Assembly (NCBI GenBank): GCA_973895155.1
Contig: OZ316892.1
Coordinates: 13,513,270-13,577,269, forward strand
Reading direction: 5' to 3'
Length of the DNA stretch: 64,000 nucleotides
From: Marsupella aquatica
Taxonomy: Eukaryota > Plantae > Marchantiophyta
Under the pieces are notes generated by a model. That model had not been told where the DNA came from. It saw only the letters and a list, made by a program, of their open reading frames with translations, and searched no databases. Positions within the stretch are counted from its first letter, which is position 1. Every line of letters begins with the position of its first letter. The position numbers and the translations under genes are program-made. Below, piece by piece: positions 24,161 to 35,900 of the stretch.

Positions 24161-25115
24161 GGGGTGAAGAATATGAATCCTGTTGGTAAAGTTCTGTGTA
24201 AATGTTTGACTAATAGACAATTGCATACTTGGAAAAGAATGATTGGTTATTGTTTGAAAGATTTAGGAGCTACCCATTTTGAGCAAGCATTGTTTAACAT
24301 TATTGATGAAGAAGTGATTGTAGGAAAACAATTGCATTATATTATAGAGCAGATTTGAAGTTGAGGGTAACTCTCACAAACAAGAATGTAGCTGATAGAA
24401 TGTATGGATGACACAAATACAGGTCATAGAGACCTTTGCATGCAACATTCATTTCAACATTAACATAGATGGTGAAATCTAGTATCTTCATGCTTGCTGC
24501 AAGTTGGATTATTCCTTTAAATGGACAAGGAATGGATCGAAAGAGAATGACTTGTCTTTGGAAATGTGTTATTAATCGTATCAATGTATGCATGGCTGAT
24601 GTTGAAGAAGTCTTTGTTAGAAAACCTTGGACTGGTGATTCTAGCATGTATTACTTTGAGTCAGCTGATGAGGATGTAACTAAACTTAACACAGTGATTG
24701 AGGGATCTCCAACAAAGAGTTCTCTCAAGAAGCCAAATGTGGAACCAAAATCTGTTCGTTTTGATGATATGTTTACAGAGATCAAGGTCCCTGAGAAGGG
24801 AGTGACATTAGGTGATTTCTTGGGTGAATCTGTATCATTGGCAGACAAGCAGCCATTTTCTAACTGTAATTACTTGGAGACATTGATGTATTGGCTGTAG
24901 AGCATTCTTCAGGGTCTAGGAAAGGAAAAGAGAAGATGACAAATGCAAACATAATTGTGTTGTCTGATGGTGAAGAGATAGAGCCTCCACAAGTGTATAT
25001 TGATGTAGGATAGAGAAGCAAATTTAAAGGTTGCACAACACTCTTAAGAAAGAGCCTTTTCATGGTCAAGATAGAGCCAAGATCCCCTAGAAGTGGATGA
25101 AGTGGAGATGACTAA
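24161..25115 (+). mobile_element. Decayed Replitron-type HUH (Rep) transposase, C-terminal half
   Basis: GKVLCKCLTNRQLHTWKRMIGYCLKDLGATHFEQALFNI...(frameshift ~24343) YRADLKLRVTLTNKNVADRMYG*HKYRS*RPLHATFISTLT*MVKSSIFMLAASWIIPLNGQGMDRKRMTCLWK. This matches recalled Replitron motifs LHT..GM.GYC.KD...HF, RV.L...N...R and W.IP....GMD..R...LW. Confidence 0.75.
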
Positions 25116-25452
25116 AACTAAGTGCCAAGTAAGTAATATATGAAGTATCTATCCTCTTTTACTCAATGTTCATGACAGGGTAAGTTTATAGATGAGAGTG
25201 AGAGAATAATATAAATATATTCAATGTATAATTTGTGTGTGTGTGGGGAGGGTGGGGGCTCCTTGTGGGAAGTGAATGGGAAGGAAAGAAGAGAGGGGGG
25301 GGGGGGGTTACTTTGGAGGACTATGTATACACCTTGAGGTTCAATTCCCCACCAGAGTCCTTGGATTTGTTACCTTGATAAATATAAATAGACCTCATAT
25401 TCACAAGAACTTTGTTTAATTTTCTGGATTCATGAAACTGTGTTGAACTTTA

Positions 25453-25747
25453 TGGATTCATAAGTGTGTAATTGTGTACAGATTTGATATGGGACAATGG
25501 TGCTATTTTTTAAGGACTGCCATGAAAGTATTGCACCGAACAGTCATTACTTTGTAGTTGTTGTCTTCAATTTTTTTTCTGACATTGCTTATTCTGGGTG
25601 GATTCATAAGTGTGTTATTGTGTTACACAAATTTGATATGTGATAGTGTTGCTATTTTTTAAGGACTGTCATGAAAGTTTTGCAGCGAACAATCACTACT
25701 TTGTAGTTGTTGTCTTCAAATTTTTTTCCGACATTGCTTATTCTGGG
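25453..25747. repeat. Tandem duplication, ~146-149-bp unit, 2 copies
   Basis: TGGATTCATAAGTGTGT...GACATTGCTTATTCTGGG at 25453-25598 and 25599-25747, moderately diverged. Confidence 0.92.
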
Positions 25748-25894
25748 GTAGAATGCAAACTTTCATGTTTTTTAGAGGGGAAAAAGAAATTACGATGAAC
25801 AAGAATTACTGTTTGGACTAGAGGGCTCCAAAAATACTCCAAAAGACATTTGCATGAGAAATGTCTTAATGTAAAAGCTAATCAGCAATTTAAT

Positions 25895-26490
25895 CCATTG
25901 AAGGTGCTACTCTTGAATCCTTCATTCCAGGTGACTGGTTCTCCCACACTGAGAACCCTCCTTGTTGGTTGGGATGCCCTGGCCCCATACTTGAAATTTG
26001 ACTTTGGCCGGGGTCAGCTACAGTACCTGAGTGGCTCTCTGTTGAACAGACCCTCCATTTGTGTTTCAGAACTACCGGGCTGGAGGAGGGCAACAATGTT
26101 GCCCTCCGCAGGTTTCTAGCTAATCGGAGGATTAGATCCCTGCGTGACCTTGGAGATCCTAATGGGACCTGGCTGCAGCCGGATAGCCTCACTCCTAGAG
26201 TTAGGAGCGCAAGAGATACAGGAACCAGGGAATTCAATAACTTTTACAGGGCACTTGGGCAAGTGGAGGGATTGACCACCGACACACTTGACAAGTGTGC
26301 AGGATGGAGATGGACGGATTTGAATCACCGCAGGGGGTGGTGATGCCCCAATAAGGTGTGGGTGGACCGCCTGAGGAATCCTGCCTCTGATCAAACAAAG
26401 CTTAATCGCCCGGGGTGGGAATTACCCCCATGCTAATTGACGGGGCTGGCCCCTCTTTTCTTTCAAAAAAAATTACAAAATAAAATAAAA
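25895..26490 (+). mobile_element. 5'-truncated, internally deleted LINE (L1-like) fragment with A-rich tail
   Basis: Broken frame 'GSPTLRTLLVGWDAL...RIRSLRDL...GWRWTDLNHRRGW*CPNKVW...LNR' resembles the post-RT/pre-zinc-knuckle ORF2 region. It is followed by GGGGCTGGCCCC, TCTTTTCTTTC and an A-rich tail (26465-26490). Flanking near-direct repeats are AATCAGCAATTTAAT (25880) and AATCAACAATTAAAT (26491). Confidence 0.7.
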
Positions 26491-27252
26491 AATCAACAAT
26501 TAAATTTTTTCAGAAACAAATGGGCACCAAAAACGTAAACGTGCATTCACCATATAGCAATGTCCGACTATATGTATCTCCTTTCCGTCTGGTTCATAGT
26601 CAGGGAAATGCTCGTTTTGGGCTGATAACTCTTGCCGGCAGTGAAGAATCACGACGAAATTGCCTTCAAACTGTTGCCGTTGTAGCTCACACGGTGTGTG
26701 TGCTTTTGTTTACCGTGGCAAGTTGACGATGGAATTTGCGTAACGTAGTGGTCATTCTCTAACGGAGTGTACGACAACTGAGCAAATTAAAAGCAATAGG
26801 GTATCTGGAGTCATGGAATCTCTCGACTCATTGAACGGGAAGAATTCAAACTCTTAAGACTAGACCCCTCAGGAAACAAGTTTTCCCCAAAATCAGGCTC
26901 CGGAATGCACAGCAATTACAGCAGAGTGATTTAGCAAAATAGTGCAGTTCCCATGAAAAAAGGAAAGAAGCTCTTCCCTTGCAATTATCCAGGTATTGCA
27001 CTCAGACACCGTGTACAGGGTTGACAGTGTGCGGTTTTGAATAGAGCCACCCTCATCATCTCGTGGCTTTTTCGTATCTCACGGCGAGATTAGAGGTACT
27101 GTAGTTGATATGTTTTGGAGGGCGAAGTGTTGGCACCGTTTGTTTCCTTTGGCTCGGGTGATTATCAGACGTTGCTGTTGATGGAGCACCGCCTCCTTTA
27201 GAAAGGAAAGCCCCCATAGACACAAAGGAGGTGTAACAAAACACCACACTAC

Positions 27253-28853
27253 ATGGCGTTCCCTGTCGCGTCCAAACGTGTTTCGACCGAAATTCAGGTT
27301 TGCAATACTCTAAACAGATCTTCTTGGATTCTCTGCATTATTTTGATGAAACTCTCTCTGCCCAATGCTCATTGATTTCTCCGTGGCTTGACCCGTACAG
27401 GGTGTGAAAACGGAACTGGTCCTTTGTGGGTATGATGATTCAATTTTGGTAAGTGGGCCACTGAAACAGCACATGCCTTTCGCTTTTCTCCTTGCACGTA
27501 TGGCGATGTATTCACTAGTCTGTTTGTGTTTGGGCACGACGCTTTCGACCTCTTCCTTGCTATGCATCGGATGTAGAATCCTCCCCATACCAGCAATTCT
27601 TCGGACATAGGGTTCAGGGTTTAGGAATTGAGTGATCCATACATTGGCATTTGGCCTTAGAGCTTGCTACCTCTTGATGTGCATCAAACTGGAATTAGGG
27701 TTTAGGGTTTAAGTTTTTGAGATTTGGATTCGTCGAAATGCTGTCACACGTTGAAGGGATGGGTTCGTCTCAGTGCTCTCACTTTCTTTCAAAAGTGGTC
27801 TGTCGTGGAATTGGCATCGTCCCTTTTTTCAAATGACTCGTCTTAACAAGCTATGAATCTTCGTTACAGGTAGTAGTTACTCAGATAGGAAAGATGGGGA
27901 CGCTGCTTAGTGCAAGGTGTGTGCTCTGTTATGCCTTAGCCGTGTCTGCAGGTTACAGGTCTTGAACGCAAAATCCTTTTACTCTGCTTCTCTTTCGACG
28001 AAAATTTATTTCTAGGTGCTTTCTCTCTGCTATTGGACTTCTGCTTCGGTTGCCGCCAGAGCTGGAAAGAGGTGGACAGTTTTGAAGTTTGTCCATTGCG
28101 TTCTTTGTGTGCAGGAAAGAGGAGGCCTATGGTGGAGGACCCACTTACAACGTGCACGTTCTGATGGGTAAACGGGACGAGGTGAGCTTGTCAAGTACAG
28201 TATTAGAAATTACCGTGCGCAGGGAATTCTTTTCAGCCTTTCTCATAGCCTGAGGCGGCTGCAAGGCTGCCCCTTTCAATACAAACAATTGCTCCCATTC
28301 GGAGCTGACAAGAGCCTGTGTCTATGTGAGTGAAATTTCTGAATCTCGATATGGTTTCTGTTTCTTTTGTTGCAGCCATTCCTGGCAGCATGTGCAAGAC
28401 AGCTAATTGAGAATATGAGGTGAACCGTCTCTCTACATCAACTCCCTATACACACGGCTGTATCTGAATTTAAGGTTTCCGTTGTTATGGACGGCATTCA
28501 TTGACTGCCAGACTGATTGTGCTTCATGATGGTTTTCTTGCAGTAATGACGGTTCAACCCGATCCCTTGTCCTCTCTTTAGGCCTCAAAGACCACTCACC
28601 GGTAAGATACATAGCAGACTGAACTTACGGAGACCTTCTCTATGCAGCTACGTTGTCATTTAAAAAAATATTGACATCGAGGTTTTGGTGTTGTTTTTCC
28701 ACTTCCATAAGAGGCATACAAAGTAATTGTTCGGTGATTAAACGAGTGTCTAATTGTGAATATTAAATTCCAAGCTCATGCCTTTCTTCGTGGATGATGC
28801 AGGCAACCCTGAAAAGTATTCTGCAATTCATTATTGCCAACAAAATCTGGTGA
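27253..28853 (+). CDS. PSMG3: Proteasome assembly chaperone 3 (PAC3/PSMG3), 119 aa, seven small exons
   Basis: Exons 27253-27297, 27401-27448, 27870-27916, 28115-28181, 28376-28419, 28544-28601, 28803-28853, all GT-AG and phase-consistent. They give MAFPVASKRVSTEIQGVKTELVLCGYDDSILVVVTQIGKMGTLLSARKEEAYGGGPTYNVHVLMGKRDEPFLAACARQLIENMSNDGSTRSLVLSLGLKDHSPATLKSILQFIIANKIW*, with PAC3 motifs TQ.GKMGTL, GKRDEP, LSLGLKD and terminal W. Confidence 0.93.
27608..27710. promoter_or_regulatory. Telo-box-like TAGGGTTT motifs in PAC3 intron 2
   Basis: tagggttcagggtttagg (27608-27625) and ttagggtttagggttt (27695-27710). Confidence 0.4.
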
Positions 28854-29426
28854 ATTGATACAATATTAACATGGATTGACATGGTGCCCAGTGCTTCTCC
28901 AGCATTCATATCTGTATCTTTTAGGATGACCTCTCACGGCAGCATACCTTAATGGTCTAATTGGTGGTGAAGTTTCAAGTTCTGTTCCTCGGGAGCGCTG
29001 TTTCATGAGCTAATATGCTGATAAATACAAATTGAGGAGAGATTCTTCTCATTATAGACGGCTGTTCAGGAGGTTGAAGTACCACAGCCGGTACATCAGC
29101 AAAATTTTCGTAGTTAGCTTCTTGGCAAAAGATGTACAGGTGTAAGTAAAGAATACATAGGAGTAGCAAGAAAACAGCTTGCTGCCAGAAAGTTTCGCAG
29201 AGCGCATGGGACTAAGTACCAAGAATATGAGGCTTATTTCTTTCCATTTCATTACGCGCTCCTTACTGATATATCGACCCAGGATCTGGATTCATATCTC
29301 TTCTCATACTATGTTTTGCGAATGGCTGTTTAGTGTAGGGGATAGCTCAGGCATATGCACCCTTCAGTTTCTTGCAGGAGACTGATACCCATTCAAGCTG
29401 AACTTCTGTGGCGAATCACCTGAGTG

Positions 29427-29656
29427 AGACTTGTTGGTCTAGGCCAGGGGATTGGCTCTAGGATTGAAACTTCTCAGGCTAAATTCCCCTCCATGCTCAG
29501 GCGTATGCAACTTCAGCTTCTTACAGAAGACTGTTACCCTTCCAAGGTGACCTTTCTGGGTCGAACCACTTGAGGCAGACTTGTTGGTCTAGCTCAGGTG
29601 GCCAAGGGATTGGCTCTGGGATTGAAAGATCTCAGGCAATTCCCCCTCCATGCTCG
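29427..29656. repeat. Direct repeat pair of ~75 bp
   Basis: AGACTTGTTGGTCTAG...GGGATTGGCTCT.GGATTGAAA...CTCAGGC..ATTCCCCTCCATGCTC at ~29427 and ~29577. Confidence 0.85.
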
Positions 29657-29749
29657 AGGGGTTGGAGGGTACCAGAGTGGGTGTCAGGTGTGTAGTTTGG
29701 AAGTTTAATTTTCAGGCTGGATTCATTTCTGAGCAAAATTCCTGGTTCA

Positions 29750-30168
29750 ATCTCTACATTCTCCTGATACTGGGGCATGTGTTGGGCTGAGTGCGAGCAT
29801 TGTTCCTGTGATCCTTCCTCTTGGGTCCTTTCGGGTGTAATATGCCCATATGTGTGCCGCTCCTCCCCTTGTGCTCCATCCTCTTGGGTCTTTGCGGGTG
29901 TAATCTGCCCATATCTATGCCACTGCTCCTTCCCCTTGTGCTCCATACTCTTGGGTCGTTTCGGGTGTAATTTGCCCATATGTATGCCACTGTCCTCTCC
30001 TCTGTTGGGTCTCTTCTGGTGTAATTGAATTCTCTGCATTCTCCTGGTTCTGGGCCATGTGTTAGGCTGACCGCTAGCATGGTTTCCTGTGATCTTTCGT
30101 CTGGGACTTTTTGGGTGGAACTGGCCCACACTGCTCTCTCCACTGTGGGGTTTCCTTGGGTGTAATTT
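29750..30168. repeat. Compound minisatellite: 54-67-bp units inside a ~280-bp higher-order duplication
   Basis: TTGGGTC...GGGTGTAAT.TGCCCATAT units at 29821, 29884, 29951, 30005, plus degenerate units at 30101-30168. Header CTCCTG...GGG.CATGTGTT.GGCTGA...TTCCTGTGATC at 29761 and 30041. Confidence 0.85.
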
Positions 30169-32504
30169 ATTCTATATATCTGTCAACACGCATATTGCCC
30201 TATTTGTATGTCATGACCCGAGTGATCATCTGCATTTGCTTTCAAACAAAAAACAAACAAATACACTGCGAGAGTCCATCATATCGGGAGTAGTTTCTAT
30301 TATGACACAAGCTGGGCAACTCTATTCGGAAGTAAGCCCAAGAAAACTCCTAGTGCAGAACGCAAGAAAGTTACCGTCGCTATGTCAGTAGTTGTCGTAC
30401 TCAATTTAGGTCCGATCAAAACTGGCAGGAATGTGGATTACTGTAGGGTTTTTGGAGAGACTGCGCAAGAACGCAAAGTCACATGAAATTTGTAGTGCCA
30501 TTTGTGGTATTGGAGGCACTGCGCGACACCTCAGAATCATATGAAAATGCTTGTCAAAAGCAAAATGAATTGTCTCTAGTGAGAATATGTGCTCGGAGAT
30601 ACTGCCCAACAGCTCAAAATCACATGAAAAGGGGAGCGAAGAAATAAAAATGTACTTAACCCCTAGTGAAAAGAATTCTTCTCTTGAAAGTGGGTTTGAA
30701 AAAACAGATCAAAAGGAAAGAAAAGCTGGACAATCATGCCATTAGAATTCAACACATGTTTACAATCTCGTATCCTCATAAGTCATCTTCAGCTTCTAGT
30801 CCACTCAATTCAAATATATGGAATAGCGGTATTTGCTTAGCTGAGCAGTATAGCCTCTTCACTGAAATTTAGCTTTGTAGTTTGCTTCAGGGTATGAACA
30901 CTAGTGGGAGTTGAGACAATGGCTTATGGATTGTCTTTCTGAAACTCTACATATGAGTTTTAGGGCAAGGTTTCATGCACCAGGGGCGAAGGTTGCTCAC
31001 ACTCCTTCTCCCACCCCCTGGTGCCCACATAAGGTCCTTAATTGCAGTACATAATATCGCAAGTTTGCATTAATTGGTACAGTTAAGGACCAATAGTGGT
31101 TTGCCGTGCAGCTACTAAAGTAGACACGGGAGGGGCCACTCCAAGGGAAGTGGATGGGAAAAAGATACTTCCCCTTTCCCTTCTTTGCCCATGCCTGTCG
31201 TTCACCCCAAGTGTGCTAGCAATTAATGTTGCAATGTGATTTGCTCCAAGTTTACTCATGCACTTTTGTAATCCTCTATCCATACTCCTTGGAATCATGC
31301 TGATCATGCTCTCCAACATATACACCGCCGAGGGTTTATAGCTTGGAAAACAATCTCAATAATACTTTATTGACTGAGCTAAAGTTGTGGTGGAGTAAAA
31401 AGCTCAAGGCTGTATCCCACGGTAAGGTCATACAGAATATTATGGTCAGATTCACTACTATGGAGCCCCAAAGGTATAGATTGCAGCATGAGCATGAGAC
31501 AGGGTGGAGTTGCAGGGTGGAGCATGAGCATGAGACATGGTTGAGAAAGGAGGGAAAATATTGGTTCAATATTCTCGCCACCAAGGACTTTGGTTGCAGG
31601 TCTGGTTATATATGATTTGCATCTCCTAGCATGCAAACCCATTTACACCTTTGTTTTCAAAATGCAAAGTGTTACTTCACCTCAAATCAAAATACCCAAA
31701 AGCTCATGGGGTCATATGGGGTCTATCAAGTATGACATTTCAATTCAAAGGTCCATCAAATATATCTCTCGTAAAAAATGAACTACAGTAGTCCATCTGA
31801 GTCCCAGTATCAAACGGTGATGTCCATCCGGGCATATACAGTACTTCGCGTAACTCATGTACTGTAGTTCGTATCATTACTAAACGACCAATAATAACGA
31901 GAGGAAAGACGATGTGATTAGCAAACGCACTGTAGCGTTTGATGAGACGAGAATCGGAGGTCGTGTTGAGGTGATGGGGTTTACTACAGTAGTACTGTGT
32001 ACACCACAGTCGCTGATACGAAGAATGTGAACTCCGGAGAGCGAGCGACCGAAGTACAATAGGGATCAGGAAAAGGCAAGGAAAGGAAAGGCATTAAGGC
32101 AAGGGCAAAGGGCTGGGGGAGGAGCCCTAAATGCGGACCGGACATCTTTCGAGAGGGAAGCCATCTTTCGAGAGGGAAACCATTGGACAGTAGCTAGTGA
32201 TGAGTGGTCCGTCTGCAGCTGGTTGTTTGTGCGACAATTCGATTTGCTCTTTTATCTCCACTTGATGTGTGATGCGGTTGCTAATGGAGGACAGGAGAGT
32301 TCTATGCGGAGCGAAGCGAAGCGAGCCGAGCGACTGAGCAATGTGAACGCTAGTAATTACTGCAGAGGCCTTTTCTTCGTCTTCTCCTTCTTCTTATTTT
32401 GGGATTCGAGCAGAATGGCCTTTTCCCCAGGAGCACAGATGCGAGCGTGGCGATGGATGAGAACGGATCCCCAGGGTCGCTAGGTGTAGGTGTGGAGACG
32501 TTTG

Positions 32505-32507
<3 letters not shown>

Positions 32508-32551
<44 letters not shown>
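32508..32551 (+). repeat. (GA)n microsatellite in the promoter/5' leader of the SET gene (GAGA/BPC-type element)
   Basis: About 21 uninterrupted AG units, ~400 bp upstream of ATG 32952. Confidence 0.9.
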
Positions 32552-32556
<5 letters not shown>

Positions 32557-32951
32557 TTCCGTGTCTCTCGGAATCCACAGTTCAAGCCTCTGTCTCCGGG
32601 CGAGGGAAGAGAGTCTGACTGTGGAAGTGGCTTATAGGATGGAATTGCGATATAGACGGATTTAGCAATACGACCCTTCGATTGCACAGTTTGGAGGGTT
32701 GGAGGACGATGAGGGGTGACTAGTTGTCGGACGAAATCGTTGTTAGCAGTGGAAGGTAGGCAACAGATCGCAAGATTGGCACCATCTAAGGTTTTGGGCG
32801 TGGCACTTTATGGATAAAAATCTGCAAGGGCGTCCGAAGCTGTTGTGGTTGAACTCGATTTTTGAGATAATCGATTACACTTGAAGGAATTTCATGGGAT
32901 TCTGCACAGTAATGCTGGTTGACTGGAGGATCTAAACTATCTTGATCAGCC

Positions 32952-35900
32952 ATGGATGACTTGTGGCATTTGAAGGCTACTCAGGGCCTGAACAGAAATT
33001 ATTCGCAGTCCAATCCGGCGTCTGCTGCTCTAAACCAGGTATCTGTCATGCACTTTCTGTCAGGAAACCAGTTCTAGTTTCACGAATGGCTGTTTATGGT
33101 AAAACGAGTGGAGAGAAATAGTTGCAGCCGAAAGATTCAAGTACGTGAGGGTCCTTAGATGGGTGCAAAATGCTGTCCCACATCTCCAATCCGGCACTAT
33201 ATGCTTCATGTTCATTCTGGTTTATATCATTCACCATACAAAAGCAAAGCGTTTCAAGGACGGTGGAATTATTCAGGAGTGCTCCATATTGGTATTCGAT
33301 TATGACGGATGTGAAGCGACAATGAGGCTAGCAAGTCGAGTTAGACCTCAACTTTTGGCGATTAATCTGTGCTTGGACCGGGGCGGAGAGGGAGTACTAA
33401 TTGTTTTAATACGATGGTGATCAATGTACAGTATGTCAAAGTGTGTCAAATGACCCTATAAATTTCGCAGCTCAATTAGGTCTTCGGAAACTCACCGGAA
33501 GCCTCGATGGTAATTTGGTTGGTGCCTAGTGGAGGAATAGTTGAAAATGTGGTCGAGGCACGACGGGCGACTTAGCAAATGACGTACTGTTTTACACGCG
33601 CACTCTTTGTCTTTAATTGTATGCCGATGCATTTCGGCGTGTGGAAGTTGCGCCGTGGGAGTAGATGGTGGCTATCCAAGGCTGTCTCTTCTTTTTGAGG
33701 CCGTTTCTTTCCAGTGTCGTCTAGCTGGTCTCAAGGTTTTTCTACATACGAGAAACCTAACGGGATTCGACAGAGGATCTCTTCGTAGGGTTCTGACTCG
33801 TAAATGACTTCGGAAACTCAGGCGAAGTTCATCCTTCTCGAGCACAATATCTCCTCGACGCATATTGCGTGTTTCACGGAATGTGGTTGGACCACAATAA
33901 TGGGTTGCACCTTGTTGTGCCGCAATCATCGAATTGCGTGAGCAATTTTAGTTTTCAGAATAAGAAAGCTGGCTTTTGTTGTAGCCTTTCGTTTGACTGT
34001 TTTGGTTACGTTTAATGTTTTAAAATTCATCTGGATACTAAGCCACAGTGCACACAAGGATGGGATCCAGCGGTTCTCCGCCACAATGAGGACGACGTGT
34101 GGATTGCACATTCCGCGGAAGTCGCTGCGTTTGTTTCGACTCCGGAAACCTTGCCTAGTGGATAAGATCTCGTATTGGATTCTCACTTTCTGGTACTTGC
34201 AGATTGTGTCCTTAGGCTCACCGGCGCACCAAACCTGCTGCAACGTATCGAGTCGTAAAGTATCTAGCATCTGACAATTCGATATTTTTGTAGATAAGTT
34301 GATCTTTAGATGTGATCTAGGATCGAGTCCACACGTCCGTAAGCTCCTAGAGTTGACGTCTCAATTGTCATTTTGTCGAGTATAGACTTTGCAGTGACTC
34401 CGTTCTAGCTCTCCTTTCACCTGGCACATGCTCCAGAGCATGGTGGAATCCTAGAAGACGTGATGGTCTCCTTTGCCTCAGTTTGGGCGTTTGTTTGCAA
34501 GTAGTAATGTGGGGGTCTCCCTTCACTCTCGTTGTGTCCCTTTGTTATGATTAGATTTTTCTTTGACGACATGATGATCTCCGTGCTTTCAAGTTGTTGA
34601 TATCCTTACAACCAGAGCTATCCGGAGATTCTTGTATTTTGGCACAGGTTGGCCGTGTCAGTTGAGTCTGTTAAATATCGTTAGTTCTCCTGTTTGGCAC
34701 GAGAGAGACCTAGAATGTACCTCTGAAACCTTCTACGCCGACTCTTAGGATTTTCACCATGCCGTCCTGCGCCAGAGGAAAATGAAGCTATTGCGGGCTA
34801 TCGTACGGAAGTTAATTTTAATCATGATGTTTCCATATCTTATATTAAACGATGTCGAACTTCCTTTCTTGCCTTTGTGCAGGTGGAGATGTTGTCTGGG
34901 CCATTTGGTCATCCGTTTGTCCAGCAGGAGGTGTGCGTAATTGAACGTACCATTAGACAAGAGTGCCTGGGAGGCAACTTGCTGAACTTCGGGCTGCCAG
35001 GTCCGCACATTAAATCAGTTCGAGGAGATGTTGGTAATTCTCTGCTGGCTCTTGTACCTGGCTCCCAGCATCAGGTCCGTTCGAGTTATCAGTCGCACGT
35101 AACCCCGCAGTCACCCCATTTACCCCCAAACCCGCAGGCTTATCAAATGGGATCTGTAAGCTCTCCCGATGTCGGCAGCTGGCCGGGGCATCTCTCGAAT
35201 ATGTCTGCGGGAACCCGTGTGAGTGGGGGTAGTTCTGGGCTTGGAGGGGATTCTTCTATGATTATGCCCGGGCGAGACGTGACCCTATCAATGTTGGGGA
35301 GAGAGGCGAATCTGACCCCGTATTTAAGGATGACTGGAGAGCAAGATTGTTTGGAATCAAGTTTAACGAGGACAACAGGAAATGAGGTGTCCAAGCACAA
35401 TGATAATGCAAATGATACAAGCGGGCAGAGTCCTCACCCGCAGTGGTTGACAGAGATAATAAGCAGCCGGCAAAGAGGACAAATTCCACAGAGTCCCAGA
35501 TTTACCTCCGGGACGAGTTTCCCGAGAGCCGCTGAGTCATCTCGTAACGGTTCTACTGGAATGAGCACCTTGACTCCCTTCGCACCCGCTTTCATGCGAG
35601 AAGCACGTGTGGTGTGCATCAACTATGAGACCGGACAGAAAGTTGGTGAGTTGGCTGTGCACAGAACAAAGCCAATTGATTTTATTCTTGAAATTCTTTT
35701 GAATGAGCACCTTACGGTCGACAAGAGTTCCAGGTACAACGAAGATTTCTGTTAATTAACCTGACAAGGAAGACATAGGTTGTTGTATGCAAGAAGGTTT
35801 AACCAGTGGTCGTTCTATTTATCACGTCACCAAATCTTTCAAGCAGTCTAGATTTGTGCTTGTAGGATGTAGGTCTTTTTCTGATTTGGGTAGTATGTTT

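Noticed and set aside
25338-25352. Pol III B-box-like GGTTCAATTCCCC
   Set aside because: No A box or cloverleaf upstream.
28223-28325. Poison cassette exon in PAC3 intron 4 (CAG|...|GTGAGT)
   Set aside because: The flanking introns would be only 41 and 50 nt, too short for plant splicing.
30406-30609. 'KHFHMILR' as the missing Replitron HUH motif
   Set aside because: Opposite strand, 6 kb away, and lacks the preceding ERG motif and other context.
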